IMG/VR virus record: IMGVR_UViG_3300025423_000001
Coordinates: 23,119-87,118 of that record
DNA length: 64,000 bases
DNA from: a virus
Strand: one strand, 5' to 3'
The notes below the pieces were generated by a model, which did no database searches, was not told where the DNA came from, and was given only the letters and a program-made list of their open reading frames with translations. Position numbers and translations under genes: made by a program. This document shows, one piece after another, positions 47,954 through 58,250 of the stretch. Position 1 is the stretch's first letter; each line of letters opens with the position of its first letter.

Positions 47954-49003
47954 ATGAACATACTTGAGATGCAGCTGGAGTTCCGGCAGGCAACACAGAA
48001 CATATCGGCCTCTACACGGCGTAAGGCGTTGCCACAGGAAATCGACTGGCTGCTGAACAAGAACCAGCAGAGGTTCATACAATCGAAGATACGCACGAAG
48101 AAGGACGGTAGCGGAGGCTTTCAGCTTGACCAGTTAAACGCAGACGCTATCCGCCCACTTCTTACTACAGCCGATTTACAGGCAGTATACAACCCTGACG
48201 AAAACACATACGAATGTGAGTTGCCGGGAGACTACAGCTACTTAGTAAGTGACGACAGCCGTGTGACCAACCTGTGCGGTACATCCTACAGCCCTGCCAC
48301 AGTAACGGAGAACATCCTGGCTATTAGCTTGCCAGACTCAAGTGCAAGTTCATCTCCGTATTATTCCTCTATCTCAATTACCATAGGCTCTAATACGTAC
48401 ACGCTTGCAAGCTGGGTATCCGGCCAAGTAGCTAGCTATACAGGGTTAGCCTCAAAGCAAGAGAAGTACACCATACGTGATTTCATATTCTGGCACCTGA
48501 CTAAAGCTGGATATAAAGTGTATTGGGAAAAGTACAGGAATGCATACAAACCATCCTCATTCCTAATCCCGGGTTACACCAGCGGTAGCATTACAATTGA
48601 CTCTACGGTAACAGCTGGTACTACCTTCTCTATCAGCACAAACCAGTTTACCAACACAGGAGACACATGGCGGGCCAACAGGCTTTCTCCCGGGGACCAA
48701 GTAAGCACTATGATGGACACAGCATTCGTCACAACTTCTTACCAAAGCCCTATTTCAGAGCTTTGGGGAAACAAATTAATAGTGCACGGGGATGAGAGCT
48801 TCATAATAAGTAAGGCACGGATTGACTACGTGCGTAAGCCCCGAAAAATGTGCTTAGTTTTGGGAGAAGATTGTGAGCTGCCTGAAGAATTCCACGAGAC
48901 AATCTGTGATTTAGCTGTAGAATACTTCAAGGCTCTTACTTCAGACCCCAGCTGGGAAATAAAGCTGAAGGATAACATGCTCCGTTCCATAGCCACCATT
49001 TAA
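47954..49003 (+). CDS. tail ring/adaptor protein
   Basis: EIDWLLNKNQ, LPGDY, YVRKP, CELPEEFHETICDLAV. Confidence 0.75.
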   Translation: MNILEMQLEFRQATQNISASTRRKALPQEIDWLLNKNQQRFIQSKIRTKKDGSGGFQLDQLNADAIRPLLTTADLQAVYNPDENTYECELPGDYSYLVSDDSRVTNLCGTSYSPATVTENILAISLPDSSASSSPYYSSISITIGSNTYTLASWVSGQVASYTGLASKQEKYTIRDFIFWHLTKAGYKVYWEKYRNAYKPSSFLIPGYTSGSITIDSTVTAGTTFSISTNQFTNTGDTWRANRLSPGDQVSTMMDTAFVTTSYQSPISELWGNKLIVHGDESFIISKARIDYVRKPRKMCLVLGEDCELPEEFHETICDLAVEYFKALTSDPSWEIKLKDNMLRSIATI

Positions 49004-49030
49004 TCCAATATCCTATAAACCAACTATCTT

Positions 49031-50023
49031 ATGTTAGACCGCACCAAATTCGGCCAATCTACCCTCGGTAAAAATGCCGACGTGTTAGTGGCTAAGCAAG
49101 TAGACTACTCCAACACTGGGGCCAGCTCTATATCCGATTTCCCAACCTTTGTATCCTCAGCCGCAGAAGGTGAATTTGCCTTCTTCAACGCTGATACTTT
49201 GGCCCTGATTTCAGGCGCTACCAGCGGTTCTCCTGCTGCCGTAACCGCCGTAGGTGCTACAGTAAACATCTTCGGCGCATTGAAGCGTGACGGAGCTATA
49301 GAGAAAACACCTGTGTTCAACCTTACTGGCTACACGGCTAAACGTCTGCCTTACGCAGCTGCTGTTGCCCAAGCAAGCAAAGTTGTGCTTACCGGTACAC
49401 CTGTAGTAGGCAACAGCTACACCATAAAGATACTTGAAACCACCCCAGGTTACCAGCAGTTTCCTGAGTGGAGCTACACCTACGTACCAGTATCAGGTGA
49501 CACAGCCTCCACTGTAGCTACAGCTTTGGCAGCCCTTATTAATGACCAGACAAACGTCATCAACAAGAACACTGACCCTGTATTAGCCAGCGCCAGCGTA
49601 AGCACTTCAACCCTCACCTTGACAGCAGCCAATGCCGGGGCCACTTTCCGCATTGCATTCAGCACTGACATCATCAATGACCTTGCTGCCAGCGCAGTGT
49701 ACTCAGGCTCAGGTACAGCCAATGCTTTCTACGGTAACGGTACCTACAACCAAGTTAAATGGTTGGAATTCTACAGTGACACATTCAAAGGTGTTACCAC
49801 ACAATTCCCAATGCAGGGTGCAAGGCCAGAAGATTATGGCCAACCGACTGCTTTTGCAGCCTCTGGTGTGCAGTACAGCATTTACTTCATCAGTGGTTAT
49901 GCTGACGAAAAAAGCCCTACGCCTTCTAACCGCACTTTTCACAAACGCAACATCATCCTTGCAATACCCTCCAATGGCTCGGCCAACGCTGAAGCTGAAG
50001 TGAAAGGTATCCTGGGGTTATAA
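49031..50023 (+). CDS. putative auxiliary capsid/structural protein
   Basis: Ala/Thr-rich beta protein followed by a terminator; synteny. Confidence 0.55.
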   Translation: MLDRTKFGQSTLGKNADVLVAKQVDYSNTGASSISDFPTFVSSAAEGEFAFFNADTLALISGATSGSPAAVTAVGATVNIFGALKRDGAIEKTPVFNLTGYTAKRLPYAAAVAQASKVVLTGTPVVGNSYTIKILETTPGYQQFPEWSYTYVPVSGDTASTVATALAALINDQTNVINKNTDPVLASASVSTSTLTLTAANAGATFRIAFSTDIINDLAASAVYSGSGTANAFYGNGTYNQVKWLEFYSDTFKGVTTQFPMQGARPEDYGQPTAFAASGVQYSIYFISGYADEKSPTPSNRTFHKRNIILAIPSNGSANAEAEVKGILGL

Positions 50024-50046
50024 TAACTTTTGCTCATTTTTGTGAT

Positions 50047-50077
50047 AATCCCCGGCATTTCTATGTTGGGGATTTTT
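50047..50077 (+). terminator. intrinsic terminator
   Basis: AATCCCCGGCAT-TTCT-ATGTTGGGGATT-TTT. Confidence 0.8.
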
Positions 50078-50104
50078 CATACATTGTAATCCTACTACCA
50101 TCCT

Positions 50105-50764
50105 ATGACAGCCAACGAAATCACCACCCTCATAGCCATGAACCTCGACAAAGAACTGGACGTACCATTCAGGCTCCAGCTATTCGAGCGTGTCAAGTAC
50201 TGGCGTAGCAGGCTCATAGCTAACAGCCTACAGAAGAGCCCACAACAAAGAAAGTTCTTCATACAGGCTCTGTTTGTCAAGATGACACAGGTAAACAATG
50301 TACCGATGGCTCCACTTATCTCTACAACCATAGCCTCCACAGCAGAAATACCACTGCCTATTAGGGCCGGCAATGTGCTGTTTGACTATGTAGGAGGCCC
50401 CGATGGTAAGAGCCCATTCAGGTATGTACCAACAGGCATGGCTAACTACCTCTCACAAGGCAGGTTTACAGACCGGTTTCCCGGCTATGAATACGTAATG
50501 ATAGGCTCCAAAAACGTAATTAGGCTGGATAAAGATGACCAGCCGTTGCTTAGGATTGATGGCATCTTTGATGACCCGTTTGCTGTGATGGAGCTAAGTT
50601 GTTCCTGCACCGGCACTCCGTGTGATACGTGGAACACAGAATTCCCTATCAGCGGTGACATCATGCAATTGATAGTACAGAGCATACTAACCATAGACTA
50701 TAACAGGCCAGATAGAGAAGATACCCCTGGCATACCAGTAAGCACTGAAACAGAGAAACAGTAG
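50105..50764 (+). CDS. tail ring protein
   Basis: EIPLPI, IDGIFDDP, EFPISGD. Confidence 0.7.
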   Translation: MTANEITTLIAMNLDKELDVPFRLQLFERVKYWRSRLIANSLQKSPQQRKFFIQALFVKMTQVNNVPMAPLISTTIASTAEIPLPIRAGNVLFDYVGGPDGKSPFRYVPTGMANYLSQGRFTDRFPGYEYVMIGSKNVIRLDKDDQPLLRIDGIFDDPFAVMELSCSCTGTPCDTWNTEFPISGDIMQLIVQSILTIDYNRPDREDTPGIPVSTETEKQ

Positions 50765-50766
50765 AT

Positions 50767-51378
50767 ATGAAACCTATACAGAAACCGCAGACATTTTACA
50801 TGAAGCACATCTACAACGCTTACGTAGATAAGCTTCTGGCAGCCAACCCCCAGTGGTGGGTGAAAGCTAACAAGAGTCTTAAGATGACAAAAGGCTACGT
50901 GTACGGGCTGGAGAAAGGTAAGCCAGTGCTGAAGATGAGCTGGCAGCTTTGGAAAGAGATTGTCACCAGTTACTACCACAAAGCCAAAGATGCTATCATC
51001 CAAGGGGAGACGCTTAAGTTGGGTTCGGGACTGGGTAACATCTTGGCCATCAGGGTAGAAAGAACTTTCAGTAACAAGGTAGTTGACTGGGGAGCTACCT
51101 ACAAGCTTAATCTCAGAGATGAAAAAGGAATGCTGAAACGGGTATTTTACACGGACGATGACTACTGCCGCATCAAATGGCAGAAGTTCGGGATGGTGCC
51201 TAATGAGAAGAACTACAAGTTCAACCCGGCATCCAAACATACAGACACAGGCAAAGGGTTCAAGCAAGAGTTCGTACAGGCACTATTGGCCAACCCGATG
51301 TTGAAGTATAAGTACAAGTTCACTAACGCCAAACCACCGATATGCAATACTCATACTGCAGCCTCAGAGACGTCATAG
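50767..51378 (+). CDS. IHF-like protein (crAss-type)
   Basis: IIQGETLKLGSGLGNI, VDWGAT, YCRIKW. Confidence 0.7.
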   Translation: MKPIQKPQTFYMKHIYNAYVDKLLAANPQWWVKANKSLKMTKGYVYGLEKGKPVLKMSWQLWKEIVTSYYHKAKDAIIQGETLKLGSGLGNILAIRVERTFSNKVVDWGATYKLNLRDEKGMLKRVFYTDDDYCRIKWQKFGMVPNEKNYKFNPASKHTDTGKGFKQEFVQALLANPMLKYKYKFTNAKPPICNTHTAASETS

Positions 51379-52145
51379 GGCGAGTGGTGCGAAACACCAG
51401 ACTTAATGACAGCACCTACATAGCAGACATCCATGAATGGCTGTATGAAGCCATGGACATGCTGCAGACAGAGCACACGCTTGTAAAGAAATGTGCCACA
51501 TTAGACATGCACTTTCACAAGGCCAAGCTTCCCTGTGGGCTGGTAAACATTGCAGGGGTGGAGCATAGAGGCAAAAGGCTGAGAGAAAATCCATCTTCCC
51601 GGCCAGCAGGTACACCGGTACACAGCCAGTATGGCTACCTACAACCGTCTGTGTTTGGCACGGACATACAAAAGATTGAACCACTTCCTAATGACCCATC
51701 AGTAGAGTTGTATTTCACACAGCTGACCCAGCTGAATAACCAGACCTACCACGAGAACGAGTACTACTATACAGAGATGGGATACATGAACACCAGCTTT
51801 GAACGTGGACAGATTAAGCTGTATTATGAAGCTGTGCCGACAGATGAAGATGGCTTCCCGCAGATACCTGACAACCAAAATTACAAACAAGCCCTCTACT
51901 GGTACTGCAGGGCCATGATGATAGGCTCGGGATGGGAAGATAAGCAGTTTACATATAAGGAATGCTTCGAGCAGTGGGAAAACATTTATGCCCCCCGGGC
52001 CAGCGCCGAGATACGCCTGCCCAGCCCTGAACAGATGGAACACAGGATATTCACGTTTGTACGTTTCATTCCCAGTGATAGCTATTACGATAACTTCTTC
52101 CGCTCTGACAGAAGAGAAGATTTCATGGACACTAAAGTTTGGTAA
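51342..52145 (+). CDS. tail tubular/ring protein
   Basis: EWLYEAM, AKLPC, TSFERG, YEAVPTDEDGFPQIPD, ALYWY. Confidence 0.8.
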   Translation: MQYSYCSLRDVIGRVVRNTRLNDSTYIADIHEWLYEAMDMLQTEHTLVKKCATLDMHFHKAKLPCGLVNIAGVEHRGKRLRENPSSRPAGTPVHSQYGYLQPSVFGTDIQKIEPLPNDPSVELYFTQLTQLNNQTYHENEYYYTEMGYMNTSFERGQIKLYYEAVPTDEDGFPQIPDNQNYKQALYWYCRAMMIGSGWEDKQFTYKECFEQWENIYAPRASAEIRLPSPEQMEHRIFTFVRFIPSDSYYDNFFRSDRREDFMDTKVW

Positions 52146-52148
52146 ACA

Positions 52149-55100
52149 ATGAAAAGATTCCTCAAACTGGTACGGGACGTGCGGCCACAGGAACAGCCAC
52201 CTGAAAGCTATCAATTCGCTAAGAATGGTATACAAAGCTGGCTAAAAGGTTCATCTATCAATGAGCCTGGCTTTGCTTTGTCCAGTGCCGTACCGCCATA
52301 TCGCATCAACGGGGTAATTGAAACAGACAAATGGCCCGTCATATTCTCCACAGACAATACCAATTCAGCTTTTGGCTATTACAACACAGACCAAGACACG
52401 TATGTACCAATATTCGATGACGCAGACTTGGGCTTTAAAGTGGGCTTCAACACTAACCACTGGATTACCGGAGTGGTACAGCGTAATTATAAAGGAGAGC
52501 TGGTGGGGGCATTCACGGATAAGGTACTGAAGCCTTTCTACGTGAATTTTGACAATCCTAACATTAGTGTGTTATCAGACATGCTGCTGTTCCCCAACGC
52601 ACTCAGCCCTAAGATTTCTGTAAGCACACTGGCTGGTGGATTGCTACTGCCAGGGGCTTATTATGCTGCAATAAAGTATGTTAAACAAGACGGCACAGAG
52701 ACAGCCTTTCTTGCTATTAGCAGCCCACAGATTGTAACAGGCACCACAGGACAGGCAACTGGTCAAGCCATACAAATACAACTTGACAACCTTGACCCGA
52801 ATTACGAAGAGGTGCAGGTGGCCATCATTACCAAAGTAAACGGTGTCATATCTTGCGTGCAATTCCTCGAGCCACTGCCTGTAAGCGGTAATGCTACAAT
52901 ACTTTACACAGGTAATGAGCTTACAGAAGCCATTACACTTGAGGAAATACTGATTGCCCCGGCCATTTATGACACAGTAGGTACGATGGGGCAACTGAAC
53001 GATGCTATGTACATTGGCAACCTTGTAAGCGAACCGGCCATGAAAATGCAGCCGTTTGCCAACATGGTAAAGCTGCAATGGAAAAGTGAACTGATTACGG
53101 TTGACCCTGTAGACCCGACCATGAAAACTGGTACAGAGAAGACTTTTTTGCACGACGAGACTTATGGGTTCTACATACGGTATTCCAAAACTGTGGGTGG
53201 CTTTACACCAGCCTATCATATTCCCGGCCCGGCCCCCATAAGTGGGGACACAGACACGTCTACAATAGCCAGCGGAGAAGGTATTACAGCTAAAAAGTTC
53301 CAAGTTGAAGATAAGATTTCTGTGTTTGACCCTATCAGTATGATAGGTAATTGCGGGCCATGGCTGAATGGAAACGAGAACTACCCCAACACGGATGACT
53401 ACAATAGCAGCCTATACGGGGGTGAAGATTTGCGTGGGCAGCCGGTAAGGCACCACAAGTTCCCTTCTATCAAATGGTGTAGGACTAATCTATACCCTGG
53501 GGAGCCTGACTATGGCCGTGGCAGTCTTGACAAGCTTGGCATCATAGCCCAGAACATCATCATACCTCAGGCATACGCTGACCAGATTAACGGCTATGAA
53601 ATCTTGTACGCGAAACGTAACACCGGCAATAGCACTGTGCTCGGCCAAAGCCTGCTCCTATTTGGCTCTAAGGCAAAGCTTGAACCTGAATACGTGGCTA
53701 CAAGCTACTTCACTACAGGTGGTAACTTTGACAGCTACATCAACTTCAGGACAACAGACCACAAAGACTTATTGCTTGACCAATCCATATTTCGCTTTCA
53801 CGCCTTTGACATACTGTTTAACCAGCCTGCCCTATCACCAACACACCTGTCACTCGAGCTTAAGCTAAACAGGGCCCAACTGACGGATGATACGCACCAT
53901 CAAGGCAACGACTTCATATCTGACAGTGGGTCTATGAACAAACCTCTGACGTATCTGTTTGATTATCTAAAAAAAGGTACACCTACAAAAATACCATCAA
54001 CCTGGTTTAAAGCTGTAGACAGTACACAGTATGTACCCAACAACTCCCTTGTAGGTAAATGGCAGAATAGAGGTGGGGAAACCTGCTTCGGCGGTAAGAT
54101 TACAAATCCCGAACACTTGCTTAGTGACACCGAAATTGATACCTCTATTGTGTGGGACGCTGACAACCGGCGTAAGGGGGTCAACTTTGAAACAACCTTT
54201 TTGGCCAATCTCAAGGCTGTACTCACAGATTTGTTTGTACCCTTTGTCGGGCAATCATTAGCAAGGGCAGGTTCAAGCCAAGATGTCAATGCCCACCCTA
54301 CTATGTGGGGAGGGGACACATACATTTGTGATTACACTTTCCACACGTACGGTTGGTGGGTAAGTGACCAGCCTCAGAATGAAGGGGAATTCAGTAAAGG
54401 CACCCACACTGTGAGGCGCATTCTTTGTGAATGTGCAGCCAATCTTTATGGCAGGACAGAGACACCGGGCAACTTGTACAGTTCCTACTATCCCAAGAGT
54501 ACATTATCAGCTGGGGATGCCAATAACTACGACATCACCTGGACAAGAAGTAAAGACCCTAACCAGTTTGGGTACAGTAAAGACAGCAATGCATTAGATG
54601 ACCTTATCAGCACAGCCATCTTCGACACACACGCCAGCCAGCTAACAAGCCATCCTTACCGTATACACCGTTCAGGCAAACTAAGTAAGCAGACCAAGAA
54701 CAGGAGCTGGAGGACATTCCTTCCGTTGGATTACTACGAGATGCAGAAAAACATGGGAGGCATCACCAAACTTGAAGGCATGGATGACAGACTGCTGATA
54801 CACATGCAGAATGCCTTATTCCTGACACAAGACAAGGCCCAGCTAAACAGTGACGTGTTAAGCATCACACTGGGAGCCGGAGACATTTTCCAGTTCGAGC
54901 CACAAGAGGGTATGTCTTCTAAACTTGGCTATGCCGGTAACCAACACGAACTGGCCACGATACGCACGCCATACGGCTACGTGTTCATAGACAACAACCT
55001 TAAGCAAGTGTTTAAGTTTAAAGGACAGCTGGAACTGATTACCAACGCTATGGTGACATTCTTCAACCGCTACTTGAGAGTGCAAGACAAAAACGTGTTT

Positions 55101-57494
55101 CAGGGTAACGGGTACACACTTGGCTACGACCCTACATATAAGCGCTTACTGCTCACCATCAAGAACAAGTCTTTGGCCAACACCAGCATACCAGTATTTG
55201 ATTTTGACCCAACCTTGTTTCCGACACTAGCTGTAAATAGTTATATTAGCTACAACGGCAGGCTTGTGAAGTTCCTAGGGGTAAATGATTCCGGCTCTAC
55301 AGGGTTTAGCTGCCCGGCCCTCCTCACTCCTTCAGCCAATAACCTCGAAGTCACCATACCAGAGACGACAGCTATCGGTACACTTATAGGCACTGTAACA
55401 GGTACATACGTAGAAAATTTCTTCCTTGTCACAGGCACATACCCGTTCACGCTCGGCACTGATGGTAAACTCTATGTAACAGGGCCGCTGGACTACTATA
55501 TTCAGCACCTGTATGTAATGACAGGTACGGCCATTAGTAAGGATGGTCTTACAGCATCATTCACCGTAACAGTGCATGTTACCTTTGTCAATAGACCTCC
55601 AAAAGTGTTGCATGGGGAAATAACTATTCCTGATGATACCGCAGTGAACACAGACATCTTCACTGTATTGGCTTCAGATAGGGAAGGGGATACACTCACT
55701 TACTCTATTACCGGTGGCAATACGAATTCCACATTCGCTATCAATTCGTCTACAGGGCATATAAAAGTAGCCGATACAACAGATCTAAATGGATTGCTCT
55801 ACCCTAAGTACATACTTACAATCTCAGTGAGTGATGGCACACATACGACTACAGGCACGGTGATAGTGTATGTAACGCATGTCAACAGGGCACCCGTACC
55901 GGTAAGCGATACCATCACAATCTTAGATACCACGCCAGACGGAGCCCTTGTTTACCAGATGGATACCACAGGCTGGGATGAAGAAAACGACCCACTCACA
56001 CTCACCTTTATCAGGCAAAGCGTAGGTGGGGTATTCAACTTTAATCCCAGCACCGGGCAGGTAACACTGAATACAAACGCGGCCCTCAATGTAGAGACTA
56101 CCCCAAGCTACACACTGTACTTTTCAGTGAAAGATGCATTCCATGCCCCTGTAAACTTTACGCTAACAATTAACGTGATATATGACAGGAGCAGCATTTC
56201 CTTCTCACCGGAGTCCCCTACATGCTCTGGTGGTAGCCCTACATGCCCCAGCGGTTACACATTATCAGCAGATGGCACAGCCTGTACAAAGGTGACAACA
56301 GTGGGAGCTGACAGTTCCGGTGGCAGTGGTGTAGCCTTACAACATTATGGCTACTCACAGTATGGCGAATGGGGTACTATCATATACCCGTATGGCAGCT
56401 ATGGCACTGATGGGGCCCCTACGACTAAACCTAACACAAGCCTGATATTATCTGGTTCACCGCTTTGGGGATATAAGCCTTCAGGCGAAATGACGTACAG
56501 TGGTAACCTATGGGGCAACCCATCATTAGGCACAGCCCAAGATGGTACCTGCGGAAGGCTGAACCAAACCGGTGTGTGGAAACAGGGAGACCAATATTAT
56601 ACCAGCGCACCATTAGGGTTTAGCAGGCAGTTCAACATCAGTGCCACAGGACGGTATTACATTGCTGTAGGTGTGGATGATTTTGCTACCATCAGCATAA
56701 ATGGCACAGCCATCATCACACAAAACCCGACCAATATCAACTCAGCCTTTAACAGCCTATACGGGGCCGGTGTAGCTACTACGGCTGACCTATTCCGTTA
56801 CTGGCATGTGTATGAAGTACAGTTGTCTGCAGGTGTGAATGTAATCAGCATTACAGGTACAAACTCAAGCAGCATAGGTGTAGTGGGCTGTGAAATATAT
56901 TCAGCAACACTGGCGCAGCTTAAAGCTTGTACTACAACGTCTGGCTTAGCACCATACATAGTGTTCTCATCAGCTGCCCCCAGTTTTGGCTCTATCACCA
57001 ACGGGGATATGTCTGACGTAGGTTTGTACAATTGTTCCTCACACGCAGGTTATGTACTTGTGTATGACCCTGGCACATCGAGCTATTATTGTAAACTGGT
57101 ACAAACTGCAGCCCCAAGCACTCCAACCAACGTGTGTACATGGGGGCAAGTAAGGATATTTGATACGCGAAAATCTACCACGATTGAACTCGTGGCTAAT
57201 GCAAGTACCAGCCCGGTGGCCATGTTCCAAGACATACCTATCCCGTACTACCCGCCTGTAAGCAATAGTGACCAATGCGGGGGCACTGTACACCTGTATA
57301 CATCGTATGGCAATAGCATCAGCGCACAGAAAAACAACTGTGACATAGGCTATACAGGCTCGGTAGTGGTGTACCGGATACCACCAGGACAATATTCTTC
57401 TACAGCCAGTCAAGATGCAGCTGATGCACAAGCAACTGCTGACGTGCTGGCTAATGGACAAACTTATGCTAACTCTAAAGGAATTTGCACATGA
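52149..57494 (+). CDS. muzzle/tail stabilisation protein (N-terminal part) fused to cadherin, PA14-like and DUF5977 domains
   Basis: Muzzle motifs VRHHKFP, GGDTYI, TPYGYVFID, GYDPTYKRLLLT; then three cadherin repeats (VNRPP, VNRAP, DxEGD) and a C-terminal KNNC..G..G...SQDAADA.A...GQ.YAN..G.C. Confidence 0.8.
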   Translation: MKRFLKLVRDVRPQEQPPESYQFAKNGIQSWLKGSSINEPGFALSSAVPPYRINGVIETDKWPVIFSTDNTNSAFGYYNTDQDTYVPIFDDADLGFKVGFNTNHWITGVVQRNYKGELVGAFTDKVLKPFYVNFDNPNISVLSDMLLFPNALSPKISVSTLAGGLLLPGAYYAAIKYVKQDGTETAFLAISSPQIVTGTTGQATGQAIQIQLDNLDPNYEEVQVAIITKVNGVISCVQFLEPLPVSGNATILYTGNELTEAITLEEILIAPAIYDTVGTMGQLNDAMYIGNLVSEPAMKMQPFANMVKLQWKSELITVDPVDPTMKTGTEKTFLHDETYGFYIRYSKTVGGFTPAYHIPGPAPISGDTDTSTIASGEGITAKKFQVEDKISVFDPISMIGNCGPWLNGNENYPNTDDYNSSLYGGEDLRGQPVRHHKFPSIKWCRTNLYPGEPDYGRGSLDKLGIIAQNIIIPQAYADQINGYEILYAKRNTGNSTVLGQSLLLFGSKAKLEPEYVATSYFTTGGNFDSYINFRTTDHKDLLLDQSIFRFHAFDILFNQPALSPTHLSLELKLNRAQLTDDTHHQGNDFISDSGSMNKPLTYLFDYLKKGTPTKIPSTWFKAVDSTQYVPNNSLVGKWQNRGGETCFGGKITNPEHLLSDTEIDTSIVWDADNRRKGVNFETTFLANLKAVLTDLFVPFVGQSLARAGSSQDVNAHPTMWGGDTYICDYTFHTYGWWVSDQPQNEGEFSKGTHTVRRILCECAANLYGRTETPGNLYSSYYPKSTLSAGDANNYDITWTRSKDPNQFGYSKDSNALDDLISTAIFDTHASQLTSHPYRIHRSGKLSKQTKNRSWRTFLPLDYYEMQKNMGGITKLEGMDDRLLIHMQNALFLTQDKAQLNSDVLSITLGAGDIFQFEPQEGMSSKLGYAGNQHELATIRTPYGYVFIDNNLKQVFKFKGQLELITNAMVTFFNRYLRVQDKNVFQGNGYTLGYDPTYKRLLLTIKNKSLANTSIPVFDFDPTLFPTLAVNSYISYNGRLVKFLGVNDSGSTGFSCPALLTPSANNLEVTIPETTAIGTLIGTVTGTYVENFFLVTGTYPFTLGTDGKLYVTGPLDYYIQHLYVMTGTAISKDGLTASFTVTVHVTFVNRPPKVLHGEITIPDDTAVNTDIFTVLASDREGDTLTYSITGGNTNSTFAINSSTGHIKVADTTDLNGLLYPKYILTISVSDGTHTTTGTVIVYVTHVNRAPVPVSDTITILDTTPDGALVYQMDTTGWDEENDPLTLTFIRQSVGGVFNFNPSTGQVTLNTNAALNVETTPSYTLYFSVKDAFHAPVNFTLTINVIYDRSSISFSPESPTCSGGSPTCPSGYTLSADGTACTKVTTVGADSSGGSGVALQHYGYSQYGEWGTIIYPYGSYGTDGAPTTKPNTSLILSGSPLWGYKPSGEMTYSGNLWGNPSLGTAQDGTCGRLNQTGVWKQGDQYYTSAPLGFSRQFNISATGRYYIAVGVDDFATISINGTAIITQNPTNINSAFNSLYGAGVATTADLFRYWHVYEVQLSAGVNVISITGTNSSSIGVVGCEIYSATLAQLKACTTTSGLAPYIVFSSAAPSFGSITNGDMSDVGLYNCSSHAGYVLVYDPGTSSYYCKLVQTAAPSTPTNVCTWGQVRIFDTRKSTTIELVANASTSPVAMFQDIPIPYYPPVSNSDQCGGTVHLYTSYGNSISAQKNNCDIGYTGSVVVYRIPPGQYSSTASQDAADAQATADVLANGQTYANSKGICT

Positions 57495-58249
57495 TAACAG
57501 GATGCCGCAACCCCGCCGCTATTAACTACAATTCGGCAGCAGACACCGAAGACTATAGCTGTATCTATCTCGTAAAATACAATGGAGTATGCTATGCCCT
57601 AAGGGACGTGCCACCTGAAGCTATTACAGACCAAAGCCTAACATTGAGCTACAGCCTGGAAAGTAAAGAGTGGGTATTCTTTCATGATTATATACCAGAC
57701 TTCTACTTTTCAACACGCAGCCAGTTGTACAGTATTAAGGATAACAGAGTATACATACACCATAAGGGTAACCCCGGGGTGTACTACGGTGGCTCACCAA
57801 ATAGCTTCTTTATAGACTGTATATTCCCAATAGACGGGGAAGCTGTCTTAAATGCTGTAAACTGGCTAAGTGAGGTATTCAATGTTTCGATGGAGGTAGA
57901 ATTCTCGACCATTACACACATCACTATCTGGAACAATCAGCAATGTACTGGCCGGATTGCCATAGCTGATGTGTTTGCTGGATTAGAATATCAAGCAAGA
58001 AAGACTGAGGCTCTATGGAGCTTTGATACGTTCAGAGACATGGTGGCCAACACCGGAACCCAATTCCTGCTGGACATATTCAATAACTTTGCGGTGGACA
58101 CCTCAAACATCAATATGGATAAGCCTTGGTTTGACCAAGACCTTATACATGACAATTGGTACACGGTAAGGTTAGAGTTTGATAACACAAGCGGCAAGGA
58201 CTTCATCTTACACGGAGCTGACCTTGACGTAACCAAATCCCCAAGATAG
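57491..58249 (+). CDS. muzzle protein C-terminal part
   Basis: TLSYS...WVFFHDYIP, WNNQQCTG, VRLEFDN; ATGA-coupled. Confidence 0.75.
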   Translation: MITGCRNPAAINYNSAADTEDYSCIYLVKYNGVCYALRDVPPEAITDQSLTLSYSLESKEWVFFHDYIPDFYFSTRSQLYSIKDNRVYIHHKGNPGVYYGGSPNSFFIDCIFPIDGEAVLNAVNWLSEVFNVSMEVEFSTITHITIWNNQQCTGRIAIADVFAGLEYQARKTEALWSFDTFRDMVANTGTQFLLDIFNNFAVDTSNINMDKPWFDQDLIHDNWYTVRLEFDNTSGKDFILHGADLDVTKSPR

Positions 58250-58250
58250 T

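Noticed and set aside
57470-57500. Programmed frameshift fusing the two muzzle ORFs
   Set aside because: No canonical slippery heptamer; the ATGA overlap fits translational coupling
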